A DNA stretch of 64,000 bases from Candidatus Poribacteria bacterium. Lineage in GTDB: Bacteria > Poribacteria > WGA-4E > WGA-3G. The position numbers were made by a program, and so were the translations under genes. Shown here in pieces: positions 57,833 through 64,000 of this stretch; position 1 is the stretch's first letter; each line of letters starts with the position of its first letter. The notes beneath the pieces were generated by a model, which did not search any database, had not been told where the DNA came from, and saw nothing but the letters and a program-made list of their open reading frames with translations. Where the stretch lies: NCBI GenBank assembly GCA_963663765.2, contig CAXXUA010000005.1, forward strand, positions 800,001 to 864,000, in the 5' to 3' direction.

Positions 57833-59854
57833 TCAATCAGCCTCACTGCCAGCAGGGGCAAATTCAACTGCAGGATTACTCTCAACTCGCTTACTTGGCA
57901 GACTTAACACCGCTTCCACAATGAGTGCTACCAACATTGCAATAAGAAAAATACGCCAGAGTTCATTCGCTAACGAGGAGGTATCTCCAACCTCAACATC
58001 TATACGTCGGTAGGACAAATCACCAAAGAGGGCATCAACCTTCTCAACGGGTGCTGCGTTAGCAATATCTTCCGCATGACTTCGATTTACTGCCACCCAA
58101 TACGCTTCATCTTGATAGACACCAGCGTGCAATCCACGTTGTGAAAGCGATGCAGCATTTTCTTTGGGGGCAACCACTTCCCATTGTTCTCGGTCTGCAA
58201 GTGCATCAGAAGCAGCATCGCGTTGGGAGGCATCTGTCAATGCACGACATCCTTCCGCTAAAGCACGTTGCAACATCACATAAAACACCACCCCATCACG
58301 TTCAAAAGACGAAAACTGAGCGGTTGGAAGGGTGCTACAAAAATACACTGCCCCAGAGTCAGTATTGACACGGGTTAACAGCGGTGAATCGTCACCAAAC
58401 CGTGCTAATGTTGTTCCTATGCTATCGTGAGAACGATATTGGTAGGTGCGTAGGTCGTTTAACGGCAAAGGATCACCACTGTCTGTATGTGATAGTAAGT
58501 CTGTATCACTACGCCACCATGAAACTTCAGAACTTTGCTCATCCTCAGGTTTTTGCCAGTCACTCCAACGTGTTTCAAACATCTGTCCACCAGCATTCTG
58601 ATGTGGCGGAAAGAAGATAACAACACGGCCACTGTTGACAAAACTCTGTATCTGTTCAGCAACCAATTCATTGGGTAATGCTGCCTGCCAAATCAATAAG
58701 CCTGAGTTTTCCCAATCAATCTCACCGATGCGTTTCGTTTGATACACCTCTGCCTGATGTTGAAGTCGTGCGTCTGGTGGAATAGTAAGTGCTCGCCGAA
58801 AGGTCTCCCCTGTTCTGGCATCATCAGTGACAATTACTGTTTTTCGCACTGGTGGTTCAGAAAAGACAAAGAAAAACCGGTTGTCCAATGGGTTTGCATC
58901 CCCCGGTAACCCGACTGAACCCCATCCAGATGTTAACGAACCATCAATAGGAATACTGTGTCCCTGTATAGATCCACCAAGCAGGTCAAGTTCTATTTCC
59001 ACGACTGATCGAACATTATTTACTTCAAACTCAATCGGTACTTTTCGCGTTGCAGTATTATTACCATCACTGCGAACCATGACATCAAGTATCAATTCCC
59101 CCTCATTTGCTCTGTGCCAACGCTGCACGTTTTCCACCCTAACCGATAAGTTGTTAGAAGATGGTGCTGAGTATGCAAGTAGGAAATGATGTACATTGTC
59201 TAATTGGGCAAATTCCTCACGTATGGCATCCCAACGTCCACTGCCCACAGTCCAATCGTTTTCGTGCAGGTCGGAACAGAGCCATATTTCAGCGCGTCCA
59301 GAATTGTTTGCCTTTAGATAAGTTAATGCTGACTCATACATGCCCGGTATATTGGCACTCGTGGCACTTGCTTCGGTCATAGGAAGGCTTAGTAATGCTT
59401 GAGGAGAGTCTACTTCTTGTAGTTCTCCGGTCGCACTATCAATTAGGATCAACTGTGTCCCATAATCCCCTTGTTCCAGTAAGTCTACCAACCTTTTAAG
59501 TGCCGTGGATCTTTTTGACTCTCCTGCCTGTAGGTCTTGTGTCTCCATACTTGCAGATCGGTCAAGGAGCACCATCGTAATATCAGGTTTTGCAAATCCT
59601 ATACTCCCTAACCATCCACCAGAAAGGGGTCTACTGATGGCAAAAATAAGTGCTGCAATGGCAAGGACACGCATCAACAAAATGAGTATATGACGTATGC
59701 GTGCCATACCCTTGCTCATGCGTTTCGCGGTCATGAGAAACATCATTGCTGCCCACGCCACAGTACGGTGTCGTTGTTGATTGATAAGATGAATGATAAC
59801 TGGTAGCAACACTAAAGGAAGTGCTATTAATGTAAGTGGTTGTAAGAAATTCAT
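57833..59854 (-). CDS. BatA-domain vWA membrane protein
   Basis: LPVIIHLIN, WAAMMFL, AISRP, DRSASM. Confidence 0.88.
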   Translation of the reverse strand: MNFLQPLTLIALPLVLLPVIIHLINQQRHRTVAWAAMMFLMTAKRMSKGMARIRHILILLMRVLAIAALIFAISRPLSGGWLGSIGFAKPDITMVLLDRSASMETQDLQAGESKRSTALKRLVDLLEQGDYGTQLILIDSATGELQEVDSPQALLSLPMTEASATSANIPGMYESALTYLKANNSGRAEIWLCSDLHENDWTVGSGRWDAIREEFAQLDNVHHFLLAYSAPSSNNLSVRVENVQRWHRANEGELILDVMVRSDGNNTATRKVPIEFEVNNVRSVVEIELDLLGGSIQGHSIPIDGSLTSGWGSVGLPGDANPLDNRFFFVFSEPPVRKTVIVTDDARTGETFRRALTIPPDARLQHQAEVYQTKRIGEIDWENSGLLIWQAALPNELVAEQIQSFVNSGRVVIFFPPHQNAGGQMFETRWSDWQKPEDEQSSEVSWWRSDTDLLSHTDSGDPLPLNDLRTYQYRSHDSIGTTLARFGDDSPLLTRVNTDSGAVYFCSTLPTAQFSSFERDGVVFYVMLQRALAEGCRALTDASQRDAASDALADREQWEVVAPKENAASLSQRGLHAGVYQDEAYWVAVNRSHAEDIANAAPVEKVDALFGDLSYRRIDVEVGDTSSLANELWRIFLIAMLVALIVEAVLSLPSKRVESNPAVEFAPAGSEAD

Positions 59855-59938
59855 AGTTTTTTGGCTTTTAATTATCGGTTGTCAACTATCAGTTCTCAGT
59901 CTTTTTTGAAAGCCGATAGCCGATTGCTGATTGTCATA

Positions 59939-60844
59939 TTACGCTCGTTTCTTGGGTGTTCGTCCTAAAAGAAATTTTGCTAAAACATCCCCATAGTCAT
60001 CATTGATACAGATGCGATGATAATCAATTTCGGTGTCTTGGATTACCTCATTCATGCTTTCAAGGTAAACATCAAGTGCACGTCGGTACTGCTCACCGAT
60101 AATGATAGGATCCGCTAAGATAGCTTCACCACCCTCCATGTCAACAAAACGTACCGGACGATCAAAATCAAAATCAAGTTCGTTTTGCTCCATAAGATGG
60201 AACACTGCCACATCATGCTTACGGAAACGCAAATGCTCAAAACAGTTTCTGACGACTTCAGGATCAATGAACAGATCAGATATGATAATGATGAGAGCTC
60301 TTTGCGGGACACGTTCAGCAGCTTCGTGAAGAGCTTCTGCGAACCCTGTTTCTCCGGACGGTTCTACCGTTCCGAGTTCATCAAGGACAGCACTGAGATG
60401 TGTGGCACTTCGTTTTGGTGGGATTTCTTTGTGGAATTGTGTCCCCGCGCAGTAGAGTCCAACAGCATCGCCTTGAAGCGCAGCAATATAGGCTAAAGTG
60501 CCACCAATACGGCGTGCATAATCAAGTTTGCTCATACCGTTGTACGCATACCCCATGGAACCGCTGGTATCAACCATTAAGCACATACGAAGGTTTGTAT
60601 CTGCTTCAAACTCTTTGATATAGTAGCGGTCATTACGGGCATAAGCACGCCAGTCCAGACGGCGAGTATCATCACCCGGTACATATTTGCGGTACTCAGC
60701 AAACTCAAGACTTGAACCCCGAATCGGACTGCGATGTTTGCCAGATACATTCCCTATCATAGGTAGACGGGCATGCAGTTGCAACGTAGACAGACGTTCA
60801 AGCACTTTCTGGTCGAGATAATCCCGTTTGAGTTGTAGTGCCAT
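59939..60844 (-). CDS. DUF58 vWA-like protein
   Basis: GSSLEFAEYRKYVPGDDTRRLDW, DTSGSM. Confidence 0.93.
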   Translation of the reverse strand: MALQLKRDYLDQKVLERLSTLQLHARLPMIGNVSGKHRSPIRGSSLEFAEYRKYVPGDDTRRLDWRAYARNDRYYIKEFEADTNLRMCLMVDTSGSMGYAYNGMSKLDYARRIGGTLAYIAALQGDAVGLYCAGTQFHKEIPPKRSATHLSAVLDELGTVEPSGETGFAEALHEAAERVPQRALIIIISDLFIDPEVVRNCFEHLRFRKHDVAVFHLMEQNELDFDFDRPVRFVDMEGGEAILADPIIIGEQYRRALDVYLESMNEVIQDTEIDYHRICINDDYGDVLAKFLLGRTPKKRA

Positions 60845-60846
60845 AA

Positions 60847-61866
60847 CTAACCTTGCTCAGACAATTCTTCAACGAGACGTTCAACGATGTCCTGACTGGT
60901 AATGTTTTCTGATTCAGCGGCAAAGGATGTAATAACACGGTGGGATAACACCGGATTTGCAACAGCAGCAACATCTTCCAGTCGTGCCATATAACTACCG
61001 CTGAGTGCTGCGCGGGCTTTAGCACCTAAAATCAGGTATTGAACAGCTCGCGGACCAGCACCCCAAGCAACAAGCGGTTTTAGCCAGTCAGGGGACGCAT
61101 CCGTTTTTGGACGCGTACTACGTGACAAGTCAACGGCAAATTCATAGATATGTTCGGGGACAGGAACTCGTCTAACAAGATTTTGGAAGGCTATTACACG
61201 TTCACCTGTTAGCACGTGTTCTAATGTCGGTAGCGACATACCTGTGGTTGTTCTGGCAATTTCAATCTCTTCAGACCTTGATGGATAGTCCACCTCAATC
61301 CTGAACATAAAGCGGTCTAACTGAGCTTCAGGCAACGGGTACGTGCCTTCCTGCTCAATGGGATTTTGTGTTGCTAACACAAAGAATGGTGGTTCTAACT
61401 GGTAGGTTCTGCCGATGACAGTAATCTTATACTCCTGCATCGCTTCAAGCATTGCTGCTTGCGTTTTGGAAGGTGCACGGTTAATCTCGTCTGCAAGAAT
61501 TAGGTTCGCAAATAGAGGTCCCTTTGCAAACTCAAACTCGCGTCGTCCCCCTGGTGCCTCTTGAAGAATGTCAGTACCAGTGATGTCCATCGGCATAAGG
61601 TCAGGTGTGAATTGGATACGACTAAACTCCAAAGCCATTGTCTCTGCAAACTCTTTTACCAAAAGTGTTTTCGCCAATCCAGGAACACCCATTAGCAAGG
61701 CATGTCCTTGGGCAAAAAGACAAATTGACAAGTTTTCAATGACCTGTTCCTGACCGATAATTATCTTAGCAAGTGTTTGTTTTAGTTGAGCATAGACATC
61801 CCGCAACTCATCTATCGCGGTAACGTCATCAGCATCCATTTGGTCAATATGTTGTGTGTCTTGCAT
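60847..61866 (-). CDS. moxR: MoxR-family AAA+ ATPase
   Basis: GVPGLAKT, RIQFTPDLMP, DEINRA, ATQNPIEQEGTYPLPEAQLDRF. Confidence 0.96.
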   Translation of the reverse strand: MQDTQHIDQMDADDVTAIDELRDVYAQLKQTLAKIIIGQEQVIENLSICLFAQGHALLMGVPGLAKTLLVKEFAETMALEFSRIQFTPDLMPMDITGTDILQEAPGGRREFEFAKGPLFANLILADEINRAPSKTQAAMLEAMQEYKITVIGRTYQLEPPFFVLATQNPIEQEGTYPLPEAQLDRFMFRIEVDYPSRSEEIEIARTTTGMSLPTLEHVLTGERVIAFQNLVRRVPVPEHIYEFAVDLSRSTRPKTDASPDWLKPLVAWGAGPRAVQYLILGAKARAALSGSYMARLEDVAAVANPVLSHRVITSFAAESENITSQDIVERLVEELSEQG

Positions 61867-61909
61867 TTTATTCCTTTATGTTTAAGTGTTATTAGTTTAG
61901 TTTTCAATA

Positions 61910-62067
61910 CAGGACTTACGCACCAAACGGTAGGCGGGGAATGCCTAAATGGCATTCATACCGTTGATTTGGCGCTTTGTAAGCGCGCTGGAAACCGAAA
62001 AAATGCTGAAAATTACACCATTTTCGTCATAATTCTTCATCAAATCATGAAAACTGCGTAAGTCCTG
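61910..62067. mobile_element. MITE family D with micro-insert
   Basis: Perfect TIR CAGGACTTACGCA; no clean TSD. Confidence 0.88.
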
Positions 62068-62094
62068 AAACAAAATATGTGAAATTGTATCGGA

Positions 62095-62766
62095 TTATGA
62101 GGAATCTTGATTAACAACGTCAATATCTGATGTGCATTTTTCTTGTAACACAAGCGAGTGATGTCCATTGCAGTTCGCTTTAAAAACTGCATCAACTGCT
62201 CCGAAGAGACGTGGCAAATTATCCATCGTTACACTTGTTCTGTTTCGGGTGAAGGCATCGTCAACGAGTAATCCAAATTCCCACCATTTTCCATCGCTGA
62301 CAATGCCGTAGATAGGAATATCAGGATCTCCCTTTATTTTTTGTGCTGCAAGCATCTCTGCTATGCATTGTCCCCAACCTTGATCAAAATCATTCTTCTT
62401 TGCTTCGACGAGGATGATCAACGGTATTCCAACAACAGGAATACCCAATTCAGACCGTGTAGAGATAAGGTAATCAGGTGTGCCACTCAATGTTTCATCG
62501 TAGGTGATGGTTTTCTTAATCCAGAGTGCGTAATCATTCGCGTACGCTTTATAGACCTCCTTCAAAATCGGAAAAATGATAGCCTCACAACGTGCTGCTT
62601 CTGATGCAAAAACATCAATGTATTGTGTACAAAACTCAAATTCTTCTAAAAATTGTTCTGAAGGGACGCATGCAGTTTCCTCAATTTGGACGAAATCTTT
62701 TACTGCGTATGTAATTCTAAATTTTTCCAGCACTTCTGGTACTGTTTTAAAATCACTAAAAGACTT
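62095..62766 (-). CDS. PD-(D/E)XK-like (HsdR-N-related) protein; start codon appears to be AAG
   Basis: LSGTPDYL, LVEAKK, GWGQC, YGIVSDG; AGGAGG lies 7 nt before AAG-TCT-TTT. Confidence 0.65.
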   Translation of the reverse strand, partial: KSFSDFKTVPEVLEKFRITYAVKDFVQIEETACVPSEQFLEEFEFCTQYIDVFASEAARCEAIIFPILKEVYKAYANDYALWIKKTITYDETLSGTPDYLISTRSELGIPVVGIPLIILVEAKKNDFDQGWGQCIAEMLAAQKIKGDPDIPIYGIVSDGKWWEFGLLVDDAFTRNRTSVTMDNLPRLFGAVDAVFKANCNGHHSLVLQEKCTSDIDVVNQDSS

Positions 62767-62786
62767 GTGTCTACCTCCTGCAAAAT

Positions 62787-62815
62787 AGTGTAGCATATTC
62801 TGGGGAATATGTCAA
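62787..62815 (-). promoter_or_regulatory. Sigma70 promoter
   Basis: TTGACA-17 bp-TACACT. Confidence 0.6.
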
Positions 62816-62818
62816 GTG

Positions 62819-62990
62819 GTGATACTCACGACGACAAAAGTCGTGTGCTTCTTTGAAACACATAACTCTCCTGTGTGTGATTCCTGCTTCCGTCTCTCGT
62901 GCCTCTATCCTGAACTGCGTGAGGTCTTATTCGGACTCCACAAGCGTTTATGCTCTCTGTCTATCCGACAGCGAGGGTTCTTAGGTTGAT
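62819..62990 (-). ncRNA. Predicted TnpB omegaRNA scaffold and IS right end
   Basis: Follows tnpB; ends GAAGCACACGACTTTTGTCGTCGTGAGTATCAC (hairpin plus TCAC). The 5' boundary is approximate. Confidence 0.7.
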
Positions 62991-64000
62991 TGCAGCATTT
63001 ATGTCTCTATCTATTTGATAGTCGCATTGACTGCAATGATAAGTTCTCTCTGATAACGTCAAATCATCTTTCTTGTGTCTACAACGACTACAAGTTTTGC
63101 TTGAAGCATAGAATTTTGGTGCTTGTAATACAGGTATTCCGAAAGCATCTGCTTTCGTTTTTAGCTTATTGAGAAACCCACCTAACGCTGAATCCGATAA
63201 TGCCTTTGCGAGTTTTCTTTTCTTTAGCATGTTCGTTATTTTTAGTGTCTCAATGCTGATAGTAGATGCAAGGTTGACGATCTCTGTAGTTGCTTTGTGG
63301 TGTGCATCATTTCGGATACAAGCGATACGATAGTGGATACGTTCTAACTTGCGTTTCTGCTTGAACCAGTTTTTTGACTTGAAAACACGCCGACTCAACT
63401 TGCGTTGTTCCCTCTTTAGTTTTCTCTCATAGCGTTTCAGAGGTCTTGGATTATCATATTTCATACCATTACTCAAGGTGGCAAGGGTGTTGATGCCTAC
63501 ATCTATACCGATAACAGGGTGCGTTGAATTGTCAACGACTTCGGTGTCCTCTGTTTCTACAGTGATAGATATAAACCAACGATGTGCTGTCCTTGAAATC
63601 GTCACGCTGATAATCTTCCCTACAAAACGCAATGCTTGACGCATTTTGACCCAACCAACCTTAGGCAACCGGACCTTCTTGCCTTCAACTTTCACAGATT
63701 GTTCGTCTGTTGTCCATGCGTCCCTAATCCCACGCTTTTTGAATCGAGGAAACCTCGCACGTTTGCTAACCCAATTCGTAATCGCTTGACCCAAATTCTT
63801 GATCGCATATAACGCTGCACCTTGATCTTGGGAACGTGTCCAATCATACTCTTTCTTCGTTTTATTGAAGTTAACGTTTAATGTCCGCCATGATTGGAAG
63901 GTGTCCTGATCTAAACTCGCCTTAAAATCTGATAACGCTTGATTGTAGGCAAACCTCACATAACCACATTGCTGAGCAAACCATGTGCGTTGTTTGTTGT
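62961..64000 (-). CDS. tnpB: IS200/IS605-family RNA-guided endonuclease TnpB, 5' end outside window
   Basis: GIDVG, SIETL, SSKTCSRC...CSQC zinc finger, DRDINAAINL; the frame is open to the window edge. Confidence 0.95.
   Translation of the reverse strand, partial: NKQRTWFAQQCGYVRFAYNQALSDFKASLDQDTFQSWRTLNVNFNKTKKEYDWTRSQDQGAALYAIKNLGQAITNWVSKRARFPRFKKRGIRDAWTTDEQSVKVEGKKVRLPKVGWVKMRQALRFVGKIISVTISRTAHRWFISITVETEDTEVVDNSTHPVIGIDVGINTLATLSNGMKYDNPRPLKRYERKLKREQRKLSRRVFKSKNWFKQKRKLERIHYRIACIRNDAHHKATTEIVNLASTISIETLKITNMLKKRKLAKALSDSALGGFLNKLKTKADAFGIPVLQAPKFYASSKTCSRCRHKKDDLTLSERTYHCSQCDYQIDRDINAAINLRTLAVG

Noticed and set aside
1-64000. tRNA, rRNA, prophage, or autonomous DDE/RAYT transposase
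   Set aside because: None recognised by eye; a covariance-model and HMM scan would be needed to exclude small RNAs.

Overview
AT-rich bacterial window of roughly 40% GC (estimated by eye). The gene families (PhyH dioxygenase, sulfatase, Gfo/Idh/MocA, lineage-specific hypotheticals, a Planctomycetes-type MoxR/vWA cluster) suggest Candidatus Poribacteria, but this is inference. Layout: (1) 1-17 kb, housekeeping and envelope genes (comM, Wzi-like, glycosyltransferases, SDR, sulfatase, a DUF433/PIN toxin-antitoxin pair, two tandem RDD-PspA fusions); (2) 17-36 kb, a defence-like locus with XPB/DUF790, a DprA-like protein, TPR-Schlafen, an N6-methyltransferase, a RelE pair and a PLD-SNF2 helicase, plus a collapsed second copy of the same scaffold carrying different cargo; (3) 38-62 kb, a MoxR/DUF58/vWA/prenyltransferase-repeat cluster interrupted by candidate defence genes (a DarT-DarG fusion, a nuclease-STAND protein); (4) an IS200/IS605 tnpB at the right edge. 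The intergenic DNA holds nested non-autonomous elements: at least six MITE families, several with clean target-site duplications, most carrying GTAG-type REP hairpins. The REPs are themselves invaded by a 34-36 nt hairpin-plus-tail micro-element (about 18 copies) that inserts after CG without target duplication and nests inside its own relatives. That micro-element is the most unusual signal. No CRISPR, rRNA or tRNA was recognised. All domain calls are from motif recognition, not database searches.
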